This document shows positions 1 through 13,967 of a stretch of 64,000 nt of DNA, one piece after another. Below the pieces are notes generated by a model. That model saw only the letters and a list, made by a program, of their open reading frames with translations. It had not been told where the DNA came from and searched no databases. The stretch spans positions 16,182,001 to 16,246,000 of the forward strand of contig OZ241833.1 of NCBI GenBank assembly GCA_965202585.1, given 5' to 3'. Every line of letters begins with the position of its first letter. Position 1 is the stretch's first letter. The translations under genes were made by a program, and so were the position numbers. The DNA is from Thalia democratica (Eukaryota).

Positions 1-2229
1 AACTTTGAAACAGTTTCCCCACTTAAGAAAATATTTGCAAAAACTGTTGCTTTTATTAAAATAAAAATCAAAAATTTTAGGAGTTGAATAAAAAACAAAA
101 AGGATATAAAATAAAAAAGTTCACAACATTAGATAAAATTTAGATGTACAATTACTTTATTTTGTCAAAATTAATTCATAAAGAAAGGGAGAGTACACGT
201 CTTTGTAAATGTTATTGATAGCTCTGGTAGCATAAAGATTTAAGCTGTAAAAAAAGAATCAAACTTTTTTTTTTACAAAACGAACTTGTTAAATAAAACA
301 ACTTAGTTAAATAACAACAAACTTTGAATATTAAACATTAATATACAATGTGAAGCATATAAATAAATTCAAACATAAAGATTTTTAATCATAAAATATT
401 TTATTTTTTATTTTTAAATTTGTTATGAATTTATAATACAACTATACACTTGTTAAAATAAATAGTACTAAGTTATTCTTTTTAATCTTAGATTGAAAGA
501 GTTATATAAAACTTATTTAAAAACTTTTTATCATTTATCAAACATAGATTAAAGAATTAAACTGATATATTTTTATATTTAGTAAACCACTTTAAAATTT
601 ATAAACTTATTTTAAAACAACAGATACAATCCATATTCTTGATAAGTTTAAAGTAAATAAAAAATACAAAAATCTTCATAATGTAAACAAAAATGCATGT
701 AGAAAAATAAAATTTACAGTAATATTTAAAAACAAGTTGAAATAAACTTTATATTTTACATAGTTGTCTGAAAACATCATTCAAAGAGCTTTTTCTTGAA
801 GTACTTATCTGGAACTCATTGTAACAAACTTAACTTCAGATTGAGTGACTTTGTTAATAGCTTTGAGTTTCAATGGTACCAAGTGGGTGGTTTTACTTTC
901 AAATGATATTTGCATAATTTTAACCTTAGAAAACTTAACTTTTAAACTTAGTTTTAAAAATCTGTAAAACAACTAAATTTGTTAAAATCCACACATAGTG
1001 TACAAAGTTTACAGTAGTAAAAGAAATAAAACTTAAAAAAAAATTTCAAAATGTAAAGCTAACTAGAAAATACAAATGTACTAATTTAACTTTTTGTTAT
1101 TTTGTAAACTACTTTAAAATTTTTAGTATAAAGATGAAAAAAAAACAGAGGTAATGAAAAACATTTGAAAGTTAGAAATAAAACCAAAAACTCTGAAAAA
1201 ATCTTAAACAAACTCATTGTAAACAAATAATATAAAAGTACAAGTAAAATAGGTATTAACAACAGCTCTACCCTATGACCAACACCAATTCAAGGATTTT
1301 ATTTTTGAATTTTTCTTTTTATTTTTTAAAATAAGACTAACTTTTTTAATTTATCAATATTTTTTACAAAAATGGTTATAAAATAAAAAATCATTAAAAC
1401 TAGCTAGCAAAACCGCATTCAAATCTATAATGTCCTATGACATTATTAACAAACCTATAATGTCCTTAGTTTTTCATAGATAAAAACAAACTATACTTAG
1501 TCAGCCTGAGTTCAAAAACAAAACTCTAAATATCCTAGAGTTATGCAGAACACTTTTAGTGTGTGGCTACAATGTACAATTTAAATCTTTTAAATTTGCT
1601 AAAAAATGCAATAAAAACTTTAACTTACTAAACATTTATAAAATCTTTAAAACCAGCTTTAATAAAAAAAAAGATCTAAAATATATAAAAAAAAAAATAA
1701 TTTGTTTATTTTATTCTGAAAAAATGTTTATATTATTGAGTTTTTCAATTTTTCTTCTTGTTGCAAGCTATTTGTCTTAATGTGTTATTTTTTCTGATTT
1801 AATAGATTCTAATTTTCTTGATAAAACTTCAGTAAGTGAGATTATTATCACTGTTTCAAAAGTTTTTCATTTTTGTATATTTGTCAACCACAGGGATTTA
1901 TTCTTAAAACATTGAACTCAGAGAGTCAATTTGATTTAAAACAAAAGTTAATTCGTCATGTTACTTTACTTTGAGGTTCATCTATTCTAAAATTCATCTT
2001 TTCATATATCTTCTATCTGTATTTGCTCTTTTGTAAGACAAAAAAAAAAAGTAAATTTCATGAAATATAAAGTTCTTTTTGACTCACCACAAACATTTCA
2101 ATAGTAAAAGATCCTGTCTTACACTTCCTTTTTTAATTCTCTCACATTATTTAAACCAAATCTACACCCTCGAAATGGATTTTTTTACAATAGTTTGTTA
2201 TATGATAATAGATTTTTACACCAAGCTAT

Positions 2230-2452
2230 TTGTATACAATTTAGATGCATTCAATTTGTTCAATTTTACGACACTAAAAGTGCTAGAGAGTACGTAAAAA
2301 TAAAATTATTAATGCAAAACTAAGTATAAACGAATACTTGAAGCTAAAGAAACAAGGTCTTAAAAGCTGAATAATCTAAAGAAAAGCGAGTTTTTTCGCA
2401 CAAATGTTTACGTTTCTGTAGATTTGCAGAAACGTACCAAGATACGTGCCTA
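2230..2452 (-). mobile_element. Partial inverted copy of the left end of the hAT-like element at 4371-7332
   Basis: 2230-2452 is the reverse complement of about 4371-4600 (e.g. TACGTTTCTGTAGATTTGCAGAAAC vs GTTTCTGCAAATCTACAGAAACGTA). It ends in the degenerate TIR GATACGTGCCTA. Confidence 0.8.
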
Positions 2453-2801
2453 GTGTTTACTATAAACTTTGAGGTTTTAACGATAATCTAAAATATAGTT
2501 TTTACTAAATTCTTTTTTTTGGTTATAATAAGTGTTTTACCAATATAGGCTCTACTAAATATTTTTTTTCAAACCAAAACAAATTTTAAATGTAAAATTG
2601 CTGTTCAACTAAATTATACTTGTGCGTGCTTCTATGGTTTACTATAATGTATATCTGGGTAACTTTTCTAATCCGCGGTCCATATTTGTCAGAATAAATT
2701 CTTTCATTGGCGTGACTTAAAAAAAATAGAGGGCTTGCTATAAAAAAAACTTCTTTAAAGTTAAATTGAAATAAAATAGCTATTTAATACGCACCATTAA
2801 T

Positions 2802-2955
2802 GACTGGACAGTTTACATATACAGAGTGCTTTAACCTAACTTACAGTGAGTAATAGTAATAAAAACAACATTCACTGCTCTGCCAAATTTGCTCAAGAAC
2901 AAAAATGTTTCACTGCTAAAGGCAGATCACCAGCAATAAATTGTAATGTCCAGTC
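2802..2955. repeat. Small inverted-repeat-bounded segment (possible degenerate MITE)
   Basis: GACTGGACAGTTTACA at 2802-2817 vs TGTAATGTCCAGTC at 2942-2955. No clear TSD. Confidence 0.35.
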
Positions 2956-3221
2956 TAGTTTATTAGACTAATGTTGACTGCCAAAATAAGTAGTTAATCT
3001 AGTACAAATAATTTTGTCTCTGATGATCTGATTTCAGAAGTGAAGCGTTGTTGTAGTCAAAAAAGTTGACTGAACATCATTATTGTTATAAGCACTATTA
3101 TAATTGATAAAATATTATATTAAGAGCACATTTAGGAATAATAGTTATTTGAAAGCTCAATAATACTCGAATCGCACAATATATTTTTTTAAAACCATTT
3201 CGTTGGCCAGAGACTTTTGAT

Positions 3222-3262
3222 GGTGGGCCGGATCCGGCCTGCGGGTCGTACATTGCCAATCC
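3222..3262 (+). mobile_element. Remnant 3' end of an hAT/Charlie-type MITE
   Basis: GGTGGGCCGGATCCGGCCTGCGGGTCGTACATTGCCAATCC resembles the GGGCCGGATxxGGCCCGCGGGCCGTAGTTTGCCGACCC-type subterminal sequence of Charlie-like MITEs. GC-rich island in AT-rich DNA. Confidence 0.45.
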
Positions 3263-3892
3263 ATATTACAATGTAATGTTTCTATTACGGTATCCGAATC
3301 TTATATAATTTATTTGAGATTATTGTTCTCTATGTAGTTTTTTAAACCTTATCCAAAGAACTAAAACAAAAAATTGTATCTATAAAATAATCTTATTGTT
3401 ACTTTAAAAAGGATATGAAATAAACATTATCATCCAACAGCTATGAATTAAAAATAAAATAATTTTTGGAATTGAAAAATACTTTTCGACATATTAAAAA
3501 AAGTAAATTGTAATATAATACCAATTACATATGCAAAAGAAGTTATACTGACATCTATTTTTTTAAATATGAAAAAAAAAGAGACTAAAAATGCCATGAT
3601 GTTTTTATACTTTTTCTAAGGTTAAAGTTTTAAATACAATCCCAGTTAATACGAACAAAATTAAGTTTTAAAGTTTTTGTGTGTTATCTGTCTATAAATG
3701 CTAAAAACTTTATGAGTGCTTTAAGTACAAAGTAAATTTATTTTCGAAGTTAAAAAGTTTAAATTTTGTGTTTGAATTTATCTCAGAAGTTATACTATTA
3801 GTTAAAGACCACAGATTGAGTTAAAATAACCCTAGTACTACGCTTTATTTCTACTTTTATTATGATAAGGCAAATTTAAAAAGTTTTAATTT

Positions 3893-4250
3893 TTTTATTA
3901 AACTATCACATGTTTCTGTGTGTTGACAAGTTGACACTTTTCAACGAAGATCTGTAAAAAAATAAATACTCGAAAAAGTAGAAGCTAAAGTAGGTGTATA
4001 TATGTTTTTATGAAAAATAAGAATAAATACTAAACATTAATGTATATTAATGGTTAATAAAATATACAAAATACAGTGTTAAATCCGACTATTATAAAAC
4101 TATATAATATTTGTAAATATTAAATCAAAATTGTTATAAATTTAAATAGAATACAAAATAAAATAACAAATCAAAATATAGAACGCTACAGAGCTCCGTT
4201 GAAGTGTGTTAATTTGTTAACACACAGAAACATGTGTTGGTTTAATAAAG
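3893..4250. mobile_element. MITE with about 63-bp imperfect terminal inverted repeats
   Basis: TTTATTAAACTATCACATGTTTCTGTGTGTTGACAAGTTGACACTTTTCAACGAAGATCTGTA (3893-3956) pairs with TACAGAGCTCCGTTGAAGTGTGTTAATTTGTTAACACACAGAAACATGTGTTGGTTTAATAAAG (4187-4250). Confidence 0.75.
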
Positions 4251-4847
4251 AAAGAGTACTGTTTAAATTTGTTATCATTATATATTCCAGTGAACTTGTT
4301 TCGCCGGGATCTTTATTAGTAAACGATTAATTTTTAAATATTGAATAGCTATACTTTTATTATGTAAATGCAGGGACGTAGCTTAGTATGTTTCTGCAAA
4401 TCTACAGAAACGTATACTTATGTGCGAAAAAACTTGCTTTTATTTCAGCTTGAAAAGACTCTGCTGTTTTAGCTTTTAGTATTCATTTATGCTTAATTAT
4501 GCACTCCTGAGAGATAATTTTGACATATATATACTCTTTAGCGTTTTTAGTGTCGTAAAAAAATTGAACAAATTAAATACATCCAAATTGTAACATTTAG
4601 GGCGTTAAAGCTTTATTATGTCAAAAAGCTGCAATGCAAAATTGATTCTAAAAAAAGCTGTAGCTTCAAAAATCAAAATCATACAATTTTATGTTACAAA
4701 AATTTGCATAACTTGTTGTTACTATTGACTACGTGAAATGTTTGATTTTCAAAACAGTATAAGTGTTTTTGAGTTAAATTGTGATTTTTTATACTTATTT
4801 TTAATGAATGGTAGGACTTTTTGACTTTTTATGGGTAGTTTTAAGTA

Positions 4848-5718
4848 CAGTAACCTCTCGCTTATTTACGCACATTGTGTCCACAGAAAAAGTGCGTAAA
4901 GATACGAGAGGTACAAAATATACTAACTTTATTTGCTTATTTTTGATATTACTTCTAATTAAAAGAAGGCTGGGGACTTTCCCATTTTAAACTATTTGTT
5001 AATTTTATTTATAAATATGGTAAACAATCGATTAAACTATACATAAATTAAAAAAAAAAAGAATTTAAATTTATATAAAATAATAATATTTGTAGAAAAA
5101 TTTTACTAATTTTAATACTATGTAATTTTTATCTTTATCTTTATTTATATGTGACTTATTTTTTACTTAACATTTATATTTTATTCTACTTAGCAAATTC
5201 AATTTATAATTAAGTGTTTGTTTACAATTAAGAAATGGTGTGGTGTCTATATTAAAATTTGTTTCTATAGCCTTTTACAAAAGTATGCATTTAGTGCTGT
5301 AATGGATTTCTTCGTTTAAACAAAAATATATAAAATATGTATAAGAAAAATGTTTAATAAAAATGGTTTATGTTACTACAACCTTTTTTAATTTGACGTT
5401 TGCCCACATAAGGATAGACTTTTCTTGCATTGTATTGAAGATATATTAATGGATTTTTTAAGTAGGAATAAAATTTACTGAGGTATAACTAAATGTTTAT
5501 CAATTAGTCAAGGAACATAAGTGTACAAAATCTAAAGATATAGAGAGGTGAGTTAGCATTTAAAAATAAATTTTAAAATAAAAATATACAATAAACATAA
5601 TATGAGCAATATAAAAAAATGTTAAAATTTTAATTTTTTGAATTTTTAGAATTCTAAAATGCGTAACTAAACGAGAGTGCGTAACGTCACGAGTGCGTAA
5701 AGATGCGAGAGGTTACTG
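4848..5718. mobile_element. Tc1/mariner-type MITE inserted in the left TIR of the foldback element
   Basis: Perfect 14-bp TIR CAGTAACCTCTCGC / GCGAGAGGTTACTG, with TA on both sides (4846-4847, 5719-5720). The flanks rejoin to match the foldback right TIR. Confidence 0.9.
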
Positions 5719-6139
5719 TATTGGGTACTTTTCATTGCCTCAATTTTGCAAAAAAAAAAGTACCCAATATTTTGATGATATCATTAACTTTACTTTGGGT
5801 AGTTTTTGAGGTTAAACTTTGTAAAAAAAAATAAATTTGCTGTCTAGGCCTATGATACATATTTGTTTATTTTTCTAAATATAAAAATAATTGTATCTGA
5901 AATAAAACAATACTAAACATTTCACAATGTTAACAAAATTAAGGAAATATAATTTTCGACCTTGATATTTTTTGTTTAAGTTACAATTTTAAATTCAACC
6001 ACAAATTAAGCTATTGACTTTTTAAATTTTTCTTTTATAGATTATTGATGACTTTAAGTTATCATATTTTATCAGAATTTCATTATTTTACATGTAGAAG
6101 TAGTTTAAAAATTCATATTTTTGATGATTTTTTTTAAAC

Positions 6140-6622
6140 ACCAGATTTTTCAATTTAATTTCAAAAATTCAAGGTTTTTCCAGTTTTTGTTTAAACTGTT
6201 AAGTTCCTGGATTCCAGATGTTTTGGCAACCCTGCTCAAAATTTAAGGAAGTATTCCTTTCAATATTTAAAAAATAGTAAAAGAAGACAATTAAAACCTA
6301 TTGTACTTTCCTATTTTAATGTTACATATCAAAAACTTGTTTTGGTATAAAAAATCTATATAAAGATATTTGTAGTTTAGATTAAATTTCATAAAGTGAC
6401 ATCAACTTGTAATAAAAGTGATCTACACCCTTCCTGTACCCAAGGTGGCTCCTAAAGTTTTTTTGAAATTTCTTTAAATTTTTCAAAATTTAATATATTT
6501 TTTTAAATTCAAGTCTTATTTACTTTTCTAGACAAAATATGTGATCAGAATTTCAAGTCATTCTAGGATTTTATATAACATTCCAAGATTCCCATAAATA
6601 TTTAGGTTTGATGACCACCCTG
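6140..6622. mobile_element. Two hAT-type MITE end remnants in the foldback core
   Basis: Segments end in GGCAACCCTG (6234) and GACCACCCTG (6622), reverse complements of CAGGG-type hAT TIRs. Their partner ends were not found. Confidence 0.45.
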
Positions 6623-7648
6623 TTAACTTTATTTCAATCTATAAAAAGGTAGCTTTTATTGAAGTACATAACTCATGTATAATTAATTCAAATTTTTTTA
6701 TGAATTAAACTCATCAATAAACAATAAAAAAAAATTTGAAAAATTTATTTTTAATTTGTGTTTGAATTTAAAATTGTAACTTACACAAACAATATTTCTA
6801 TAATTTTGTTAACATAGGGAAATGTTTAGTATTATTCTATTGTTTTATTTCAGATATGATTTTTTTCATATTTAAAAAAATTAAAAAGTGAATTTGTCAT
6901 AGGCTTAGACACAGCAATTTTGTTTTTTTTACAAGTTTAAGCTTCAAAACTACCCAAAGTAAAGTTAATGAAGTCATCAAAATATTTGGTACTTTTTTTT
7001 TGCAAATTTGCTGCAATTGAAAGTACCCAATATTTAAAACTATCTATAAAAATTCCTACCGTTTAATGAATGTTTTCTTGGTTTACACAAGTGGCAAGAC
7101 ATAAAGAGTCATAGGGGGTGTGGAGCAGATTAAATTGCCTTGTATACACTTATCACTCGTACCTCAACATTCCATTTTTGATGTATTAACATAACTGCAT
7201 TTTTTCAGACTAAATTCGATAAAATTAGAGGTAGTTTAAATTGCTGTGTTCCCGCTAGGACGTTATCACGAGTTATTTCAGATGTTTTAATTTTTGCAGA
7301 TTCGTTATTTTTTTGAGCTAGCTACGTCCCTATGTAAATGTAACTGATATTTACTTACGATTAATAAAATTTGTGCTATGCTAAAATCGTTTAAAGATTT
7401 ATACAATTATACTTTTGAGATTAAAACTTAAAGAAGTTTACAGAATTAGTAATATCTTAAAGTAAAACTCGATAAAGTTAGTTTAAAACAAAGCATAAAT
7501 TTAATGTTTTTTATTTATAAAAAAGCTTTTTTTAACCACTCTGTTTTTAGTTATGATATTCTTAAGTAAACTATCAATAGCCTCAGTTTTTAACACTTAT
7601 ATAGCTATTTTTGATGAGAGGTCTTCACAATTTGAAGCTGTACACAGT

Positions 7649-7914
7649 GGGTAGGTGTCAAATATGCACGAAGTGACACTTTGCACGATGGGTCACTTTT
7701 GGACGGGTGAAATTTTATTTGTTTATTTTAATAATTTCATTTTTATTTACTACCATGGTTACCCTTTACCTTTTCCTTGGTCGGTAATTTTTTATATTAT
7801 TCTATTTAAAAACTTTTTTCTGCTTTTCATTTTATTTTCTAATACTTTTTATTGTCATGCAAAAAATGACCTTTTGGACAAAAGTGACCCTTTGTGCATA
7901 TTTGACCTGTCCCC
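7649..7914. mobile_element. GGG-ended modular MITE family, copy A (1 internal module)
   Basis: Left GGGTAGGTGTCAAATATGCACGAAG and right GTGCATATTTGACCTGTCCCC, with TGCACGA subterminal repeats. Confidence 0.8.
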
Positions 7915-8764
7915 GTGCCCAGTAGTGTGCCTAGAAATAACTTTGAACAGAACGTTTAATAAAGTAAAAGTTTTTTCCGATTAATTTTTTATAAAAAAAA
8001 AAAATATACATAAAGCAACAGTTCTTAAGACATTATCTATTTACTTATTTTGACACTCAAAAAATGAAAATAGTGTTTCTTAGTCTTTTTAGTCAAGTGG
8101 TAACAGAAAATTTTTTCTAGTAACTTTGTGTGCAGAGTTTGACCACAACTGCATAAAATATTCGTAAACAATTAAGGCTGCATATTTTCTACTTAAACCT
8201 TTTTACACCGCTATGTATTATAATTATGCAGTTAAAAGATTAGGATAAAATTACTTATATGAGTACTGTTCATAAATTAAAAGACGTTTACTAAAAGATA
8301 ATAATATAATTATAGTGGTTAGATGAAGTATCTTATTTTTGAATTATTTCAAAAATGCGACTATATGTTTAGACTTATTTTTAATGTAGACTTTAATGTA
8401 AAACACCAGCAGAACTTGAGTACACAAAGTTACTCTCTGGTAAAAATAGTAAAAAAATGAAAATGCACTTGAATTGCTCGTATCTTTATTTTTTCTCAGA
8501 GTTATTAAGCCCGACCTCAGAATTTTTAACCGATAAACAACTAAAATCTGACATGACTGTTTGTTATTCACCTAAAGTTTTGAATAGTATAAAACTATTT
8601 AAATCGATCGATAACAATTAAAGTTTAAAAATGTTTCAAATACTTATGATAACACAGTTTTAAATTTAAATACTATACATGTTTTTTTTTATATAAAAGG
8701 ATTTTTATTAATATTATTTTAACAGTCTATAAAATGTTCTTAAACTTTTTAAAGCTATGCTAGT

Positions 8765-9445
8765 GGGTGGGTGTCAATTTTGCACGAGGGGAAACTTTTG
8801 CACGGCGACTCTTTTGCACGAGCGTCAATTTAGCACGAGAGGACACTTTTGCACGACGTCACTTTTGCACTGAGGGTCACTTTTGCACGAAGACACTTTT
8901 ACACAAGTTGATTTTTTTTTTCTGTTAAATTTAATTAATATTTTTTTTTACTTACACCACTACCACTAACCCTTACCTTCTGTCGGTAATTTATTTTTAT
9001 TTTTTTAATTTATTTTTTTAGTTAATTTTTTACTGTTTTTTTTTTGATAATTTTTAGTATGTATACAATTTTTTTTTTCATCACTGTTATCTCTAACTCT
9101 TACCCTCGGTCAGTATTTTTTTTTTTTCTTAACAGCTTTTTTATTTATTTTTGTCTAGTTTTTATTTTATTTTGTAACTTATTTTTATTTTTATTATCAT
9201 TGTTTCCACTAACCCTTACCCTCGGTCGGTTTTTTTTATAAAATAATCTTTTTATATTTTTTATCTTGTTTTTATGTGTTTAATGATTTAATTTTCTTTT
9301 CATTTTATATTCTTTTTTACTCTCGTGAAAAATGACCCTTCGTGCAAATGAGGCTGTGCAAAACTGTCCACTCGTGCAAAAGTGACGTAGTGCAAAAGTG
9401 TCCCCTCGTGCAAAAGTGACGCTCGTGCAAAAGTGACGCGTTCCC
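8765..9445. mobile_element. GGG-ended modular MITE family, copy B (3 internal modules)
   Basis: Arrays of TTTTGCACG(A) at the left end and (TC)GTGCAAAA at the right. Three AACCCTTACC-type modules lie at about 8955, 9080 and 9195. Ends GGGTGGGTGTC and GCGTTCCC. Confidence 0.85.
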
Positions 9446-10516
9446 TTGCACAGTATATCACTAACGATAAAATTTTGTGGACATTGGATTATTAAGTAAA
9501 AATCTGTTGTTGAAAAACTATTATCTACTATTATTAAGATTTATTTGTTTTTGGCTGTATTCCATAATTTAAGATTAGCTAAGAATTATCAACAACATGC
9601 TTATAAATAGTTAAAACTATAAAAAAATTAAGCAAGAAAATTAACTTTAATTTTAATAAAGAGAAATTCTTGCTTTTTAATATAGTTTTTTAGTAAGTTG
9701 TTTTTTCTGCATGCCATTGAGCACAGGTAATATTTTAAAAAACACTTTTTTATATAACTATATTTATTAAGTATAAACTATTGTCTTTTTACTGTACACA
9801 TAAAGGTTAGTTTATAAAATTTTTAAGCAAATAAATTATATACTTGAAAAATTAATCAACTATGAACATTAAACATGTAATATAAACTTAACTTTGGTTA
9901 ATAAATAATACCTTTGTATGACAACTATTAAAAGTATTACAACTTTTTTTGGTTGGATATACTTTTAATAATTTCAAGTTTTTTGTTTAGCGACAATTTT
10001 TTGTAAAACATTTATAAGGTCAGATAAAGAGGTAATAAATAAAAGGTTAAATCTAAAATTTAAAAGTATTTTACTAACTTTTACTATTTCACTTGTTATA
10101 ATTAACAATGTTTACTTTAATTACCCCAATTGGTTTTACTTTTAAACAATTTAAAATTATAAGTAAATTAAATTTTTAATAAATACAGTGTTATAGCTTT
10201 CTTACCAAATAAAAGTTCATAGAACTATAAGCATAAGATAAATGTAAATGTACACTGTGCAGATTTTTTTTTGTGTTTTAAAGTAGTTGCTTTTTTGAAT
10301 AAATATATGAAACAAAGACACCTATAAAAATAACCTGTAGAAACACATGAAAAGTAGTTTTACAGCCGTTTAACAAAGCTTTTGTAAGAACATTAATAAA
10401 TTTAGCGATTGTATATTTAAAAAAGAAAATGAAGTAAATTTTGCAAAACAAAAATATAGTCACACAAATATTTTTTTTTACATTTTAAATATAGACCATA
10501 TAAAAATTCGGTATAA

Positions 10517-10879
10517 CAATAAACTCTCACGAATTAACGCACTCGTTTGGTTACGCTCTCTTGTTTAGTTATGCATTTTAGAATTCTTAAAAAATACAAA
10601 AAAAAAGAGATAATATTGTCTAAACCCAATTTATTGTATTTATTGAAATAACCATAAATTTTATTTTTATTGTATAAAATTTAAAAAGCTGACTTACTTC
10701 TCTATACATTTAGACTTTGTAAAGTTATTTTCCTTGACCGAAGGATAAACATTTAATTGTGCCTCAGTGTACCAATATAGTAGACATACTTGCTACCTCG
10801 TTTTTTAAATAAAGTTCTCTCATTTAATTACACACATTTGCTGTGGATGCAATGTGCGTAGATTAGCGAGAGGTTATTG
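10517..10879. mobile_element. Internally deleted, reverse-oriented copy of the Tc1/mariner MITE at 4848-5718
   Basis: Ends CAATAAACTCTC and GCGAGAGGTTATTG|TA. 10517-10590 matches the reverse complement of 5640-5718. 10840-10879 matches the reverse complement of 4848-4890. Confidence 0.8.
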
Positions 10880-13800
10880 TATTTAGAAAAAGCCAACACA
10901 ACTTAAAAAAACGAGTTGTATTTTAGTTCAATTTAGTTAGTGAAATACTTAAATATTTATAATAATTTTTTTTAAAGGAAACTTACATAACAAAGTTATT
11001 AAAAAATAAGTAAGTTTTTTTAACATCCAAACAATAAACAAAACAAATATACGATTATATTAAATAAAAAAAAGTGTTGTTGTTTTGTTCTACATTATTA
11101 GTCAAAAAAATAAATATTTTTTAATTTAAAAGTAACTTACTAATCTAAATTAATTACATTTGTGTGGAAGTAAGTAGCTGCACTACAGTAAAAATATGTT
11201 AGTCTAACTTTTTTTTAATAATTAAGGTGCTTAAAATTTTGAAATTTAGAAATGACTATTTTAATAACCTTAAGATTAGGGAAAAATTTTAAAGTTTCCT
11301 TATATGGAGAGTTTTTTACAAAAAATATAATAAATTAATTTTAAATATTCGACTTATTTAAAAAAATTTTTTTTTCGGGAATTTTTACTTTAAACATGTT
11401 TTCTCAGAACAACATTTAATGAAACTTTTGTTTTGTGTAAATTCTGTCATATGATTTATTTTGTTCACTTTTGAAAAACAGTTAAAGTTTACAAAGCATT
11501 GCTACTTCTTTATATGTGTTTCTTTTAATACAAAAATTCCTATTACGATATCTTCCAAAGTTTTGGTATCATGTAATACACTACGTTTGATATTTAGCTA
11601 TCGTATTTTGTTGTATAGCTTTAAAAGTAAAAAAAAAACTTTAAAGTATCTTGTTTTAAAACTAGCCTCAAAAATTAAAGTGTCAACAGAAGTTTTAGAT
11701 TGTCATTATATATAAGGTTAACAACCATTTTTTTGACTAAAAAACCAAGTTACGAGGTTTAAGTTGGCTGAAGCAAAAAACTAATCAAAGTAAAAAAAAG
11801 ACTTAGAAAATCCTATTTTCTTTTTATGTTTTAATTTACTTTTTAAAATATGTAGATAGGTTGAAAAGTTTTTACTATTAAACTCTAGTCTAATTTCGTT
11901 TTACTCTGATAGAAGTTATAAAAAACTAAAACCTTTAAAAATATGTTAATAAAGGTTAGTTGAGGTAAAATATATTTACTTGAAAACGAGTAACTTTACT
12001 GAATTAAAAACGCAATTATTTAAAGTTTGTACAAAAGTTCCTATCAGTAAGACATAGGAAGTGAAATGCAGTAGCTTTTATTTAATAAACTGATTTGGAC
12101 TAAACTTGTTTACAGAAAAGGTGTTGTTTACATTAAAGTGACGCTGTTTAACTACCCACGCAATTTATAATTTAAGTTGTACTAAAGAAATACAAATACT
12201 ACTTTAAAATTAACTAGTCTTTTAATTATTATTTATCTAACATTTTATGTTAATGAAAATGAAATTTGTCGTACTTGAATTAAATATTAGACTTTTTTTT
12301 GTAAAAAACGTTGCAGTTCTTAAGAAGACATGTTGTATAATTTATTTTTCTTGTTTTCCTTAGTCTTAAATAAGAACCTATTTTGTATATTTACAATTAA
12401 GCGTAAAAAGTCCTTTAATTTTTAATTCAAAGAAGACTTCTACTTTCTTACAAAAATCTTAAACAACTTAAAAAAAAAGTATTTTATAATGTTTTTTTTT
12501 TTTCACATGTCAAAAGTATGTGTTGTGCTGTGTTTGTTTTCAATGTTTATTGTCAAGAAACTTAAGAATAAGCAACTTACATTAGAATATTTTACAAAAA
12601 GTTTAGCTACTATATGCTGATAATCATAAACAACTCAAGAGGCTTAAACATTGAAACAAGGTTATTTTAATTTAATATTTTTCTTGTCAATAAAATATAA
12701 AGTTATTTTAAACACATTAAACTTTTTATACATTCAGTAAGAGTATTTATTTTTGCTGGTTTTGAAGGTACATTAAAAAAATCCAAACCAAAAGATAATT
12801 ATTTAATATTTGAAATAGAAAACTCTTGCTATTGGTTTTATAATATATTTAGTGTTAAAATTTATTCTTACTGCTCGATTAAAGTTTTATCAAATCCAAA
12901 ATGTTGTGGTATAAAATATTACTTAAGTTTTTTTTATAAAAAGTCAATTGCATAGTTAAAGGGATTAAGAAAAAAGTCTTTAATTTTAACAACTTTTTAG
13001 CACACAACTTCTGATTATTAAATTTGTGTAGTCGAATAATAAATAACAAATGATTAAGAATACCTTAAATATAAGTTTTAATATAATATCGCTTTTTAAA
13101 TATGTAATTAATATATTCATTAAAAGTTAGGTACATATAACATGATCCTTTGACTGACTAAAATACTATGTAACAATAAGAGTCATAGTTTATATTTAGT
13201 ACTATAAATCAAAGATTTTTTCTTTGTTTTGTTATTGCTTAAAAATACTATGATTAAAAATTATTTTAGCTGGTTTACTTTACTACGTTAAAAAAGTACG
13301 TATAAATTAAGAGTTTTAAAAACTAAGAACTTAGTAAAAAAAAAACAAATAAGTACTAGTCATAAGAATTTATTGACAACCGGGAACAAAAAAATACGAG
13401 TAAATAAAACGTTTATGCTTAATTTAAACATTGTTTATTTAAAATAAATGCAGCAAAAAATTATCTGTAAATTTATCAGTTTAGAGGTACAGTTGTAAGA
13501 CTTTTGTGTAATCTAGTCATGATTTCTTAAAGTAGGCACGTACTTTACAGAGTAACTGAAATAAGCAGAAAGAAAGTTTAATTAAAAACAAAATTCAACA
13601 ACAATGTAAATAAAACAAGACAAGATAAATAAAAGAAAACTTACATACATTAATTACAAGGGTAGTTTAATAGTTTTTTGACACTGCTATTAGAAAAAGA
13701 TAAGCATCGATTGGTATAAAAGTATGTTTTTAGAAGACTTATATTATATGATAATATTGCTTTAAATAATATTTTGTCCTATATAATCTGATAATACAAT

Positions 13801-13967
13801 TACAATGTAAACATTTTATAAATAAACTACTTCGTTCATGTAAGCATCTGTTTCTTTTACAAGCTAATAAGCAATAAACTAGATTTTTAAAAGCCATCCT
13901 GGTAACTTAGGTGTGTTAATACGTAAGCAAGCAACCTGGTAGTAAGATATCACACGTCACCCGCACG

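Larger units (their letters stand above)
4809..7061. mobile_element. Mutator-like/foldback element with long TIRs, nested in the hAT element
   Basis: Ends are TGGTAGGA and TCCTACCG. A 9-bp direct repeat TTTAATGAA flanks it (4800-4808, 7062-7070). The left arm (4809-4847 plus 5721-about 6065) is the imperfect reverse complement of about 6690-7061. Confidence 0.82.
4371..7332. mobile_element. Non-autonomous hAT element (host of nested insertions)
   Basis: TIRs are CAGGGACGTAGCT (4371) and AGCTACGTCCCTA (ends 7332). A perfect 8-bp direct repeat TGTAAATG flanks both ends (4363-4370, 7333-7340). Confidence 0.9.

Noticed and set aside
2409-2454. Hairpin followed by CTAG, suggesting a Helitron 3' end
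   Set aside because: The same sequence at 4371 is bounded by a CAGGGACGTAGC TIR with an 8-bp TSD. The CTAG is a degenerate hAT TIR plus flank.
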